DNA from: a virus
Taxonomy: Duplodnaviria > Heunggongvirae > Uroviricota > Caudoviricetes
Length of the DNA stretch: 64,000 nt
Strand: one strand, 5' to 3'
Virus record (IMG/VR): IMGVR_UViG_3300030037_000008
Location: 47,072 to 111,071 of that record
Positions 52,107-62,081 of this stretch are shown in pieces; position 1 is the first letter of the stretch, and each line of letters starts with the position of its first letter. The notes beneath the pieces were generated by a model. That model saw only the letters and a list, made by a program, of their open reading frames with translations. It was not told the DNA's origin and made no database searches. The translations under genes and the position numbers were made by a program.

Positions 52107-54092
52107 CTATCCTTTTAATGCCGTATGAATAATTGAATCGTAGATTTCGTCTTCACTTAATACATTGATGTTGAGACCTTTTATATCTGGAAAGGTGCTA
52201 TAATCTTTGAAGTGGGTAAAGTTTAGACTGTTGATTGCCATTTCAGGTTTCATCTGTCCTTTGATTTTTTTGTATCTGCTATAGATCATATTGTAATCAC
52301 TGATAGGATTTGTTAAGTCTCTTTCAGGTGTAAGAGAGTTACTAAACTTTGCTCTGTATGTATAACCATGTTGAACAATTGGCATGACCGGATTGTAATG
52401 TTCGTTCTGTTCGTATAAGAAACCTGCCATTGAAATTCGCATTCGCTTTGATAAGTCAAGAATGAATTCATATCTACCTTCAGACATATCATATTTCTTA
52501 ATAACTGATTCAATATGTGGCTTAATCTTTTTCTCTAGCATGAAATGATCTTTCACTTTTCTAAGAAAGCTAGTCTGGGAGAATATCATATCATTTGTAG
52601 AAAGACCATTCATAAATCTCATAACATGGGCATGTGAGGTAATAAGAATGTCAGTTGAATCAAGACTATCTAATCCTTTTATAATTGATGATTTTTTATC
52701 AGGGGCATATACAACTGTATTTTGAGTTTTAGTGTTGTGAGTTCTGAATTCATTTGATACTGCTATAATAAAAATAGCTAGATCAATTGAGCTACAGTAA
52801 TAATAAGGGATATTAGAAGAGGCACATTGAAAGGTAGTAGTGCTATACGGATCTGGTTGAGATACTAGAACATCATAGTTCTTAATAGATTCAACTGTTT
52901 TATTAACAGTTCGTCTTAGCATACATGTATTATCAATACCTTTAAACTTTTCGTTAATAAGCTTACCGAATTCATAAACTTTGTGAAGTTCAGGTTTACT
53001 CTTTTTAAGTTCAGCAAGAATATCTACTTCTGATTCACTACTGTAATAAGATTCTGTTCCTGTTAGTCCAATAAGCCGTGATGTCTGTATGATGATTGCT
53101 TTCTTATATTCCTTAAAAGATTCGAATAAGCGTTTCTCAATCACTGTTTCATTTGTTAAGTAGCGTTCTTCTATATCATAGCTGATAGATTTGCTTGTTA
53201 AAGCAATGTAAGTTGAATCTGATTTGTTGGTATACTCTTCGATAAAGAACTTATGTAGATTGAGATAGGATTCTTCTAATGTACATGCAGTTAGTAAATT
53301 GTTATGTGTGTCAGAGATATGCGATGTTGCTTCAGATAGAATTTTCATTTTACCTGTAAGTTCTGTGTAGCCATTGAACGATACTGTCCATTCTAATAAA
53401 GAAGATACAATTGTTGTAATGTCTTCATCACCTGTACTATCAGCAATTGCTGTTGCTAAATCTCCAATAGTAGTAAGCTCTCCGTAACCTTCGCCATGAA
53501 ATAAATCATAGTTATCAAACGTTTCAATTACAGACTCTAATGAAAACATAATTTCTTTAGTATCACCTGTTGAGTTGTGACTTTTAATAAGTTCTTTAAG
53601 AGAGTGATTAGCATTTACGAATGGGTTAATATCATCTACTCTAGTAGTGTTAATAATGCATGATGGTTTAATAATATCTAAGCGATCTTTAATAGATGTT
53701 AGACTATGTTTCATTGTCTTTTTGAATGCTTTCATTAGAGTTTGAGAGGCTCCAATACTTTGTTCTACTTCTGCTTTGTAATAGTCTACAAATTCTTTAA
53801 GAGTAGTAGTGTGATCAAATCTTTCATTGTAATTAAGAAAAGTGTTATCATAATCAAATGAAAGATCTAATGCATCTACATTATCAGATCCATAAGAGTA
53901 ATCATAGAATCTGAAGGTTGTTTCATTCAGCTTGAAAACTTGACCGTTAACCCATGGTGATGTTTTTTGATTAAGACTAAATACATGCACATCTTCATAT
54001 AAATAGTTTGACTCGGTACCTAAAGTTGCTAATAAACTTTGTGCCGTAAAATTATCACCAATAATTGCAAGAGTTGCGGGTTTCGTTTTCAT
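52107..54092 (-). CDS. large hypothetical protein (661 aa)
   Basis: Long uninterrupted ORF, RBS AAAAGGAAATTAAACATA-ATG. No motif recognised. Not obviously the gp52 topo subunit, as no GyrA-like active-site RY block was seen. Confidence 0.55.
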   Translation of the reverse strand: MKTKPATLAIIGDNFTAQSLLATLGTESNYLYEDVHVFSLNQKTSPWVNGQVFKLNETTFRFYDYSYGSDNVDALDLSFDYDNTFLNYNERFDHTTTLKEFVDYYKAEVEQSIGASQTLMKAFKKTMKHSLTSIKDRLDIIKPSCIINTTRVDDINPFVNANHSLKELIKSHNSTGDTKEIMFSLESVIETFDNYDLFHGEGYGELTTIGDLATAIADSTGDEDITTIVSSLLEWTVSFNGYTELTGKMKILSEATSHISDTHNNLLTACTLEESYLNLHKFFIEEYTNKSDSTYIALTSKSISYDIEERYLTNETVIEKRLFESFKEYKKAIIIQTSRLIGLTGTESYYSSESEVDILAELKKSKPELHKVYEFGKLINEKFKGIDNTCMLRRTVNKTVESIKNYDVLVSQPDPYSTTTFQCASSNIPYYYCSSIDLAIFIIAVSNEFRTHNTKTQNTVVYAPDKKSSIIKGLDSLDSTDILITSHAHVMRFMNGLSTNDMIFSQTSFLRKVKDHFMLEKKIKPHIESVIKKYDMSEGRYEFILDLSKRMRISMAGFLYEQNEHYNPVMPIVQHGYTYRAKFSNSLTPERDLTNPISDYNMIYSRYKKIKGQMKPEMAINSLNFTHFKDYSTFPDIKGLNINVLSEDEIYDSIIHTALKG

Positions 54093-54150
54093 TATGTTTA
54101 ATTTCCTTTTAGTTTTAGTTAGTACTTACTATACCACACTAATAGAAAAT

Positions 54151-54768
54151 TTACACTGCTATATTGTACTTTTTAAACATTTTTATTTGGTTATGTTCAG
54201 GTGAACACTCGAACAGTTCATCGATTCTTTTAAGTGATTGAATTGGAACATAGTCTTCAAACTTTTTAGTTTCGTCTTTAGCGTTCTTCAATAGCATTAT
54301 GATATCAAATAGATCTTGATTATCTGCAATTAGTTGTTCGTTAAGTCTTGGAATTTTCTCAGAAAAGATTAAAGACATGTTACTACCTGAACTGATGTAA
54401 GTACCAGACTCGAGTAACATTGCTTCAATAGCAGAATGTACTCGAGTTCTATCTGATGTATCCAATGGAATGAGATGTTGAACTACCTTTGATAAAGTAT
54501 AATCAGTTAATGCATCGATAACATAACTAGGATCAATTGTTGGATGTTGTCTAACACCATTCTTTACTTCTTTGACAGGTGTTAGTAATTGTTTAATGTA
54601 TTTAGCTACTTCTTCTCTGTCAGGCATATCATTTGGAAAAATCGATTGCATGGTTGCATCTTGTACTTTCTCTTTAGCTTGTTCTTTAGGGAAGTACTCT
54701 ACATTAGTAAATCTATTTAGCATTTCTTCCAATGCTTTCTTTCCGTCACGTTTTTGGTGTATCGACAT
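54151..54768 (-). CDS. hypothetical protein (205 aa)
   Basis: ORF only. Confidence 0.45.
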   Translation of the reverse strand: MSIHQKRDGKKALEEMLNRFTNVEYFPKEQAKEKVQDATMQSIFPNDMPDREEVAKYIKQLLTPVKEVKNGVRQHPTIDPSYVIDALTDYTLSKVVQHLIPLDTSDRTRVHSAIEAMLLESGTYISSGSNMSLIFSEKIPRLNEQLIADNQDLFDIIMLLKNAKDETKKFEDYVPIQSLKRIDELFECSPEHNQIKMFKKYNIAV

Positions 54769-54866
54769 AATTTATATCCTTTATAAGTTTTTTGTATTTT
54801 GAATGACTCAACAGTCCAACCTTATTAGCTCTAAGAGTGCGGGCTGCGAGTCTATCAACGGTTGTA

Positions 54867-56768
54867 TTACTTTTCTTCAAGTGCTAACCACTCTTTTCTA
54901 TCATCAGCTCTACCAGAATTAAATCCTAGATCTAAAAGCTCTACAGTTTCTTTAACATTGGAGTGAGTGATATCATATAAGTAGCTATCAATATTTTTAA
55001 AGTAATGTTTGAAGTCTTTAGATGTATGACCACCTAGACCTTTAAAGTATTTAGAAACAAACTTGAGATCAGGATTTTTCTCTTTCCATGCTTCGAAATC
55101 TGGTTCTGTTAAGAATTCTGCCATTGGTTCCTTAGCACTCCAAGTTTTCATTACTTTAATAAGAGGTAATCTTAAGTCTTGGAAGAAGTTAAGTTCCATT
55201 AATTCAGGCCAGAATTTTACGAACATATTAATCAACAAGAATTTAATGTGAGTTCCATCTACATCCGCATCACAGCAAATGATAAATTTGTTATATCGAA
55301 GTTGATCAAGTGATTTAACTTCTATACCAATCTTAAGGCCAATGATAACAATAAGATTTTTGAATTCTTCATTAAGAAGTAGTTTGTTTGGATCAATTCC
55401 ATTTACATTTACGAACTTACCTCTTAAAGGATAGCCTCCGTAAATAGATTTATCACAACTACCAATGAGACCACTGAGTGCTGATAGACCTTCTGTTGTT
55501 AATAGCTTTGCTTTAGTTCTATCTTTAGTTTCAGCATCAATAAGTTTAGCAATTTTACGAGGATTGAATCCATCTACATTCTTATTAAGTTTTCTAAGTT
55601 TAGCATTCTCTTCTTGTTTAGCTTTAAGCTCTACATAATCTACAATAGATTGAATAACATCAGTCTTAAGAATGTTTCTCATGAATGACTTAGGAAGTTC
55701 GAATGTAGTACCAAAGTTAGCTACTGTAGTAGTTAAAAGTGATTTAGTTTGAGAATCAAATTCAGGGTTAATGATTGTAGCATCAATGTAAAGTTTAATA
55801 AAGTTACGAATGATATTTGGCTTAACATCAATTTTATATTTCTTCTTTAGATAAGGTCTAACTTCTGCTATAATCTGATTGATAACATACTGTACGTGAG
55901 TTGAACCTGTGTCTGAACATGCAGATCCATTAACAAATGATACTACGTCAAATGATCCATTACTTGGAGCAATCGCAACTTTAAATCTACGATCTTCTGA
56001 TTCTTCATAGTAGAAGTCATCGATGAATAGTGATACATAATCTTTAAATGATTTGATTCTAATAAGATGTCCATTAATCTTGACTTGAATATTTGAATTA
56101 AGACCAGCCATGTCATATACACGCTTAGTAATTGCAGCTACAGTATCTTCATCAAGTTTAGTTCCAAGTCTTTCAAGATCTGGATAGAAAGTAATTTTAG
56201 TAAATCCTTTACAATCTTTAGCATCTTTTATTTGAGCTTCATCTCTTTCAAATAGATTGTTCTTGAATGTTTGTTTGAAATGTTTCTTTCCATCAGATGT
56301 TTCTACAGTAAATTTAGTAGAGAAGATATTAGTAAGAGTACTACCAACACCATTTGTACCAATCTGAGTACGCTCTTCATCATCGTTATAATTAGAACCA
56401 CATCGGAGACTAGAGAAGATCATTTCAGGAATCCATTGATCATACTCTTCATGCATTTCTACCGGTATGCCACCATTATCAAAGATAGAAATCCAACCTT
56501 TATCAATATCAAAATCTACTTTAATACGATTGAGATCTTTATTTCTTTTAGATTCATCTACGCTATTATCTAGAACTTCGGCTACCATTTTAATTAGAGC
56601 AGGGTTATATGTAAGATTTTTCTTTACGAACTTGTTAGATTCTTTATCCATCACCAGAGAATTCTCAAACTTAGTATCGTTAGTATTACCAAGATACATG
56701 TTACTTCTTTGTAGTACATGCTCAATGTCAGTAAGTTTTTTATACTTATCTTGATTAGATTTACTCAT
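54867..56768 (-). CDS. DNA topoisomerase II large subunit (GyrB-like ATPase + Toprim; T4 gp39 fused with the gp60 equivalent)
   Basis: GHKL ATPase motifs AEVLDNSVDE, FDNGGIPVE and QIGTNGVGSTLTN. Toprim EGxSA in LLTTEGLSALSGLIG. Also DADVDGTHIKFLLINMF. 633 aa. Confidence 0.8.
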   Translation of the reverse strand: MSKSNQDKYKKLTDIEHVLQRSNMYLGNTNDTKFENSLVMDKESNKFVKKNLTYNPALIKMVAEVLDNSVDESKRNKDLNRIKVDFDIDKGWISIFDNGGIPVEMHEEYDQWIPEMIFSSLRCGSNYNDDEERTQIGTNGVGSTLTNIFSTKFTVETSDGKKHFKQTFKNNLFERDEAQIKDAKDCKGFTKITFYPDLERLGTKLDEDTVAAITKRVYDMAGLNSNIQVKINGHLIRIKSFKDYVSLFIDDFYYEESEDRRFKVAIAPSNGSFDVVSFVNGSACSDTGSTHVQYVINQIIAEVRPYLKKKYKIDVKPNIIRNFIKLYIDATIINPEFDSQTKSLLTTTVANFGTTFELPKSFMRNILKTDVIQSIVDYVELKAKQEENAKLRKLNKNVDGFNPRKIAKLIDAETKDRTKAKLLTTEGLSALSGLIGSCDKSIYGGYPLRGKFVNVNGIDPNKLLLNEEFKNLIVIIGLKIGIEVKSLDQLRYNKFIICCDADVDGTHIKFLLINMFVKFWPELMELNFFQDLRLPLIKVMKTWSAKEPMAEFLTEPDFEAWKEKNPDLKFVSKYFKGLGGHTSKDFKHYFKNIDSYLYDITHSNVKETVELLDLGFNSGRADDRKEWLALEEK

Positions 56769-56813
56769 TTATTTTCCTTGTAAGTTTTTCTTTATTTATC
56801 ATAGTAAACAATA

Positions 56814-57182
56814 CTAAGAGTAAAGTTTCAATGCTATTGAAATATTCTGTAATTCTTTTAGTGTAGTCTTTTTATAATAGCCAGATTGTACTAAATTCTT
56901 GAAAGTTAAGTCGCAGCATTTTGATATCATATATTTACTTGAGTCAAGTCTCATATCTTCTCGGCAACTATCATATGAATCAAGTACTTGAGGTTCAGAT
57001 ACTGCGTGTAATACTAGATCATAGATATATCCATCACGTTTAGGAATAGCAAATACAACTGTAACAAAGTTCTGCATAGAAGTTTCCATTGGCAGGTAAT
57101 ATAGATCTTCAATTAGGTTTATGTTTTCTATTTTTTCACTCATGCGTATAAGCTCCTTAGTTATAAAGTATTGATGACGCAA
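56814..57182 (-). CDS. small protein with conserved C-terminal LYx tail (array member 1)
   Basis: C-terminus GYYKKTTLKELQNISIALKLYS parallels the next-but-one gene (GEYTETTLEELEHLLIVRSLYS). Confidence 0.45.
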   Translation of the reverse strand: MRHQYFITKELIRMSEKIENINLIEDLYYLPMETSMQNFVTVVFAIPKRDGYIYDLVLHAVSEPQVLDSYDSCREDMRLDSSKYMISKCCDLTFKNLVQSGYYKKTTLKELQNISIALKLYS

Positions 57183-57480
57183 ACAATGTAGCTATATCAT
57201 CAAGCTTAATTATTATTAGTTCACCACTATCAACAGCATCAAAAAATGAAGGAGTGGATCTATATGGGTGCTTTCCTGTAGTTTTGGTAGATATCAATTC
57301 AGGGTTTGCATCTGAGCATAGATGAACGTCATATGATGATATAGTATGCTTAAGCATTTCTATACAATTTTCTACATGTTCACAGTAATAAACATGCATG
57401 ACAGCCCATCCAAATTCAAATTTAAGCGAAGACTTACTATACGCATAGAACTTAGAATCATAGTCACGATAATTTTTCAA
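57157..57480 (-). CDS. small protein (array member 2)
   Basis: Ends SILYN. Confidence 0.4.
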   Translation of the reverse strand: MKNYRDYDSKFYAYSKSSLKFEFGWAVMHVYYCEHVENCIEMLKHTISSYDVHLCSDANPELISTKTTGKHPYRSTPSFFDAVDSGELIIIKLDDIATLFASSILYN

Positions 57481-57821
57481 GAGTATAAGCTCCTTACTAT
57501 TAATAGATGTTCCAGTTCTTCTAAAGTTGTCTCAGTATATTCTCCTGAAGAGATCTTCTCTTGCAAGAAAGCATTTGTCATAGCAGTAACCATGAGACCC
57601 ATAGCTTCTCTATATAAGTATCTATTAAAGTTAGCATGAAGTCTGTCAATATTTTCATTGTCTAGGTGATGTTCAATTAGATCTGTTGCGTTATCTGTTC
57701 TTCTTATACAGTAATACACAATAGCATGTGTATGTTTTGATGCATCCATCGTTTCCGTTTTGTATAGATAAGTAGGATCTTTGTCTGGTTTACCTAATGC
57801 AAATTGTGGGTGACTAATCAT
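57477..57821 (-). CDS. small protein (array member 3)
   Basis: Ends ...LLIVRSLYS; C-terminal 22 aa are paralogous to member 1. Confidence 0.45.
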   Translation of the reverse strand: MISHPQFALGKPDKDPTYLYKTETMDASKHTHAIVYYCIRRTDNATDLIEHHLDNENIDRLHANFNRYLYREAMGLMVTAMTNAFLQEKISSGEYTETTLEELEHLLIVRSLYS

Positions 57822-58086
57822 AAAGCTTGAATGCCCTTCTTCTAAGTGTTATTAAATTGTCCATCTCTTCTTTTGATTCTAATCTACGATAAGTACCATT
57901 CATTTCTTTTATAGAAATAGCTATGAAGTGTTCTGATTGTTTTATCATAGTTACAACATTAATCATTTCTAAATTTTCACTACCAAATGTTTTAGGCATC
58001 GATGTTACTTCATAGTAATTGTAATGAAAAGATCTTGTGTTGAAATTATCTATCTCAGTTTCTTCAATGTAAAAATGACTATCCAT
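57814..58086 (-). CDS. small protein (array member 4)
   Basis: Ends RRAFKLYD. Confidence 0.4.
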   Translation of the reverse strand: MDSHFYIEETEIDNFNTRSFHYNYYEVTSMPKTFGSENLEMINVVTMIKQSEHFIAISIKEMNGTYRRLESKEEMDNLITLRRRAFKLYD

Positions 58087-58363
58087 ACAACTTACTCGTT
58101 AACATTTCTACTCTCATTTCATCTTCATCTTTAAACATGACAACTTTTCTTGCCATAGCTTTTCTAGAAGTAAAGTGATTCCAAACCAGGAAAAAATCGT
58201 CTGTATGCAAAGTGTCATCTACATATCTAGATACAAGCCATTCATGTCTACCTTCACATTTATAATGTCCTGACATATAAGTATCAGGACCAGCATCAGG
58301 AGAATAAGGAGCAGGCTGAAGAAGATCAGTTAGTTTAAAATAGTAAGTCTTATCTTTATTCAT
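58079..58363 (-). CDS. small protein (array member 5)
   Basis: Ends MLTSKLYG. Confidence 0.4.
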   Translation of the reverse strand: MNKDKTYYFKLTDLLQPAPYSPDAGPDTYMSGHYKCEGRHEWLVSRYVDDTLHTDDFFLVWNHFTSRKAMARKVVMFKDEDEMRVEMLTSKLYG

Positions 58364-58655
58364 ATAACTCTCTACACATTACTTTATTCTGTAAAGCTTC
58401 TATATCTAAGTGTTCTTTAAACTTTCCTGTCATTATCTTAATATTTAGAGTATGAGATCCAACTATGAAATTATCACTATCATCCATCATATTACAACAG
58501 TCATAATTATCCAGAGTTGAATGTACATCACTGAGATTAAGTGTAGCTTTATAGTATTGCATTTTAGATTCACCGGTGAACCCATTTCCATACCCCTCGA
58601 ATTCAAAATAAACTATGTCTTTATTCATCGCCATACAACCTTGACACTTCATCAT
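58356..58655 (-). CDS. small protein (array member 6)
   Basis: Ends VMCRELYE. Confidence 0.4.
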   Translation of the reverse strand: MMKCQGCMAMNKDIVYFEFEGYGNGFTGESKMQYYKATLNLSDVHSTLDNYDCCNMMDDSDNFIVGSHTLNIKIMTGKFKEHLDIEALQNKVMCRELYE

Positions 58656-58968
58656 GCAATTTGAACAAATTGTAGTTTTCCCATGAAGGAAAACATTCCA
58701 ACGCTTCTATATTTAAATGCATCATTGATAAGACGTCTTTAGAATTATGTAAATGATTATAATATGTAACGGATAAATCATCAAGTGATTCTGCTACATA
58801 GCATTTATAAGTATCTAAATGAGTCTGTTCGGGTAGCTTCTTTATATAGCATGTTGGATAGTTAGCCATCAGCATTTGGAGAGATTTAGTCGTTCTTAAT
58901 AATTTTTCATATACCATTTCAGATTTTTCATACTTAATCATATCTGCTTTAGAAATTCTATACCACAT
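58621..58968 (-). CDS. small protein (array member 7)
   Basis: Ends VSRLYGDE. Confidence 0.4.
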   Translation of the reverse strand: MWYRISKADMIKYEKSEMVYEKLLRTTKSLQMLMANYPTCYIKKLPEQTHLDTYKCYVAESLDDLSVTYYNHLHNSKDVLSMMHLNIEALECFPSWENYNLFKLHDEVSRLYGDE

Positions 58969-59411
58969 TATGAGTACATCCTCGTTGTACTAATATAAGT
59001 ATACAGCTCTTCATATTTTATTTCTTTTGACATACTCAGTATAGTTTTAAGTTCAAAGTCAAGCTCTGTCTCATTCATAGTAACAGTATAGTAGACATCA
59101 GATTCATCGATGCTACAATCAGGTGATGCTAGAATACTTGACATTTTGTAGTATTTTAAATGTAACTTACCTGGCATATATTTAATAAGACTTACGATTA
59201 CAACAGATTCTATTTTAGTGTTTATATATTCTGTTGTCTTGACATCTGTTATAAATACTCTGTCGGTTGAATGATCAGTTTTAGAGATTTCATCTATATC
59301 AATATCATCTAAGAAATCTTTCTGATTTAGATAATAAGGTTGTTCAATAGCTGGGTCTGTCATCTGTCTCTCCGTATAATTGTTCACATGATGTATAAAG
59401 TTCAGCAGCAT
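58968..59411 (-). CDS. small protein (array member 8)
   Basis: Ends ISTTRMYS. True start may be the internal Met (MTDPAIE). Confidence 0.4.
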   Translation of the reverse strand: MLLNFIHHVNNYTERQMTDPAIEQPYYLNQKDFLDDIDIDEISKTDHSTDRVFITDVKTTEYINTKIESVVIVSLIKYMPGKLHLKYYKMSSILASPDCSIDESDVYYTVTMNETELDFELKTILSMSKEIKYEELYTYISTTRMYS

Positions 59412-59649
59412 CCTTTGTATTAAAAAGTATTATTTTATTTGTCACACTTAGTGCTAGTAAATCAGCTTCAGAGAAACGAGTAACTTTACTTGTGGTACCA
59501 GGAGCATCCCACTTAATAAAGTATTCTAGAACTCCGTCAGAATATCTAATCTTTCCTGAATACAATTTTTCAGGATCAGCCATCTTAGAATAATCTCCAA
59601 TGACTAACTTAGCTTTTGCTACTACGTATTTATTTACGAAATCAGTCAT
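59344..59649 (-). CDS. small protein (array member 9)
   Basis: ...CEQLYGETDDRPSY. Confidence 0.4.
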   Translation of the reverse strand: MTDFVNKYVVAKAKLVIGDYSKMADPEKLYSGKIRYSDGVLEYFIKWDAPGTTSKVTRFSEADLLALSVTNKIILFNTKDAAELYTSCEQLYGETDDRPSY

Positions 59650-59998
59650 ATAAATCCTTGCATAAGTAATGAGTTTTAAGAACTTCTATGCTCTCATGTA
59701 TTATAAGACTGTTGAAGCAATCATCGCGAGTATCTTCATCCAGCATAAGATTAATTGTACATTCATCTATAGTTTGACTGCATGTCATATGATCATCTTC
59801 CACGAAATGCCAATCAGTATAATATCTTCCGTCGTATGATGTCCATTTAGAGCTGGATGGAGGTATATATTTTAGAATACAATAACATATAGATTGCGAT
59901 TCATATTCACGTCTACCTTCATATATTTTAGCATGTGAATCATAATCTCTTAGTATTCCATATCTTGCAGACACTATCGCTTTATCGTATTTAGGCAT
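59642..59998 (-). CDS. small protein (array member 10)
   Basis: Ends YLCKDLYD. Confidence 0.4.
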   Translation of the reverse strand: MPKYDKAIVSARYGILRDYDSHAKIYEGRREYESQSICYCILKYIPPSSSKWTSYDGRYYTDWHFVEDDHMTCSQTIDECTINLMLDEDTRDDCFNSLIIHESIEVLKTHYLCKDLYD

Positions 59999-60362
59999 AT
60001 AGAGCCTTGCAATCTAGATACTTCTGAGCTTCGAATAGATCATTAAGTTTTAAATCACCTTCGCATGCTACATTATATAATGATCCAATATTTCCGTGAA
60101 TTTTATACAAACGATAAGGCATTTCAAATAAAGCTACACTACCTACTTCTTCAGGTAATTGTAAATGTTTAGCTGGATCAATGAAGTAATTTGCAACTAC
60201 ATAACATCCATCAGTGTCCATGAAATATTTAGCACAAGCATCATATTCAGGAGCTACTTTGCTGTATTTAAAGAGTACAATAAACTCAGCTTTAGTGGCA
60301 AGCAATTCTAAATAATCATCTGGAACTATAGCAGATTTATCTCTAAGTTCTTCTCTATCCAT
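59991..60362 (-). CDS. small protein (array member 11)
   Basis: Ends LDCKALYA. Confidence 0.4.
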   Translation of the reverse strand: MDREELRDKSAIVPDDYLELLATKAEFIVLFKYSKVAPEYDACAKYFMDTDGCYVVANYFIDPAKHLQLPEEVGSVALFEMPYRLYKIHGNIGSLYNVACEGDLKLNDLFEAQKYLDCKALYA

Positions 60363-60687
60363 ATAATTTTCCTACTGTTACATGTTGTATAGCATCTTCT
60401 CGATTATCATACTGAGTATAAGCCCACATAGTTTCAAAGGCATCATGGAGTTCATCTTTCAGAGCTCTGGTAAATAAATCAGTATGATGTATTTCTTGTG
60501 GTTCAGCATCTCCGTAAGTGGACCATTTGTACCATCTACATACATACCAATTAGTTACAGAAGGACATTGATGAGCTACTAGCATATAAGTACCGATAGC
60601 GTTATCTTCTAATCTATATCTGATGTACAGCGGATCAGGCATAGTGCTACTGTGTATTGTTAATTTTTCTCTATCCGTATAATTCAT
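60355..60687 (-). CDS. small protein (array member 12)
   Basis: Ends VTVGKLYG. Confidence 0.4.
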   Translation of the reverse strand: MNYTDREKLTIHSSTMPDPLYIRYRLEDNAIGTYMLVAHQCPSVTNWYVCRWYKWSTYGDAEPQEIHHTDLFTRALKDELHDAFETMWAYTQYDNREDAIQHVTVGKLYG

Positions 60688-61039
60688 AAGCTATTCCTTG
60701 TTCAACTAATATATCCATCGAAGTACTAATTGACACTATCTTTTCAAAAAAACCATAACAATCTTCTATTTCATCTGAATTGAAAACAAACTTAGAAGTT
60801 GTATACAATTGAATATTATTATCACTATAGAAATTTATATCATATACTGACATGAAAGAACTACGATTAGCTTTAACTTGTAGTACATCATTAAATACAC
60901 AGACATCTATAATTCTATAATAAACGAATCTATTTTTACTAATCTGATCCGGGTGATGTACTAAAACATGACATATTTCATAAGGATCTAATTCAGTGAA
61001 TAATTTTTTATAGTCTTTCATGCGTACATCTTGTTGCAA
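60671..61039 (-). CDS. small protein (array member 13)
   Basis: Ends GIAYELYG. Confidence 0.4.
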   Translation of the reverse strand: MQQDVRMKDYKKLFTELDPYEICHVLVHHPDQISKNRFVYYRIIDVCVFNDVLQVKANRSSFMSVYDINFYSDNNIQLYTTSKFVFNSDEIEDCYGFFEKIVSISTSMDILVEQGIAYELYG

Positions 61040-61470
61040 GTTAATTTATACAAACATTCTTCCATGTCTTTTCCTACTGCTCCAATAAACCAATTAGATT
61101 TAATGAATTCATCCTTTATTGAATACTCCAATTCAATTGAATGTGACATGTGTTTAGTGTTTGGTAGTGTTTGAAAATTTGTCCATGTGTCTGGATTAGA
61201 AGTTAACTTATCATAAGGTCCAACATCTAATTTAACTGTTAAAATTTTATGACTAATTGTTGTTACTGAGTAGTTTGATGGATCGCGTGAAGAGAAGACC
61301 GGATAGTCAGTGCTATATTTAGAAGAATAATCTAATCCTAGTACTATACCAAAACCAAATTTCTTACTAGAATCAAATGACTTAAAATCCATAATAACTC
61401 TATTATCATCAGATGCATAAGCTAATACCATTCCTGGTACTAGATTAATCATGAAGTCGTTAGGATGCAT
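61018..61470 (-). CDS. small protein (array member 14)
   Basis: Ends LTCNKMYA. Confidence 0.4.
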   Translation of the reverse strand: MHPNDFMINLVPGMVLAYASDDNRVIMDFKSFDSSKKFGFGIVLGLDYSSKYSTDYPVFSSRDPSNYSVTTISHKILTVKLDVGPYDKLTSNPDTWTNFQTLPNTKHMSHSIELEYSIKDEFIKSNWFIGAVGKDMEECLYKLTCNKMYA

Positions 61471-62081
61471 TAGATTGAAATGTATCTAAAACAACAATAA
61501 TCTTCTTCTTCATCTTTGTCGGTAATGTATGCTGATTGGCGACCTACCCAAACTTTAATAGTTCGCTCGACTTCTTTAACTTCGCATTCAGATTTAGTGA
61601 GATTAAAGTTAGCAGCTTTTCGAAGATCTTGCACTTCATGCCATTTCTTAAATCGAAGTTTGATATCAAGAATAAATTCATCTACATCAATTTTATTTTT
61701 ATTTTCTTCTAAAAAGTCATCGGTATGCATACTGTTGATATATAAGCTTCCAATTGGACCAATCTTAAATTTGTAATCATCCATGTAGACATATACAAAT
61801 TCGCCTGTCTCGTGGTTGGTTTGTTTTAGAAATATTTCAGTAATGTCTTTTTCATATCTTTCATAAACATTGTTACTGAAATATTCTCCATATTTGTAAT
61901 CATCATCTAGATCTTCTAACATATGATCTTTAGGTGTAATACCTTTAATAGCAAATGTGTTACACTGATTCACTGTAAATAGTTTAGTTTTCCATGGAGC
62001 CCATTTAAAAAATTTATCAGGACCTCTGAAGTAAAATTTGATTTTATTTTTATAAAATCTAGTAATGTAATATTCTTTCAT
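61470..62081 (-). CDS. hypothetical protein (203 aa)
   Basis: ORF only. Confidence 0.45.
   Translation of the reverse strand: MKEYYITRFYKNKIKFYFRGPDKFFKWAPWKTKLFTVNQCNTFAIKGITPKDHMLEDLDDDYKYGEYFSNNVYERYEKDITEIFLKQTNHETGEFVYVYMDDYKFKIGPIGSLYINSMHTDDFLEENKNKIDVDEFILDIKLRFKKWHEVQDLRKAANFNLTKSECEVKEVERTIKVWVGRQSAYITDKDEEEDYCCFRYISI

Noticed and set aside
54769-54866. GC-rich segment agtgcgggctgcgagtct between the topoisomerase gene and 54151..54768, as a terminator
   Set aside because: No clean inverted repeat with a following U-run could be constructed. Only the flanking CAACC...GGTTG arms pair, with a long irregular loop.
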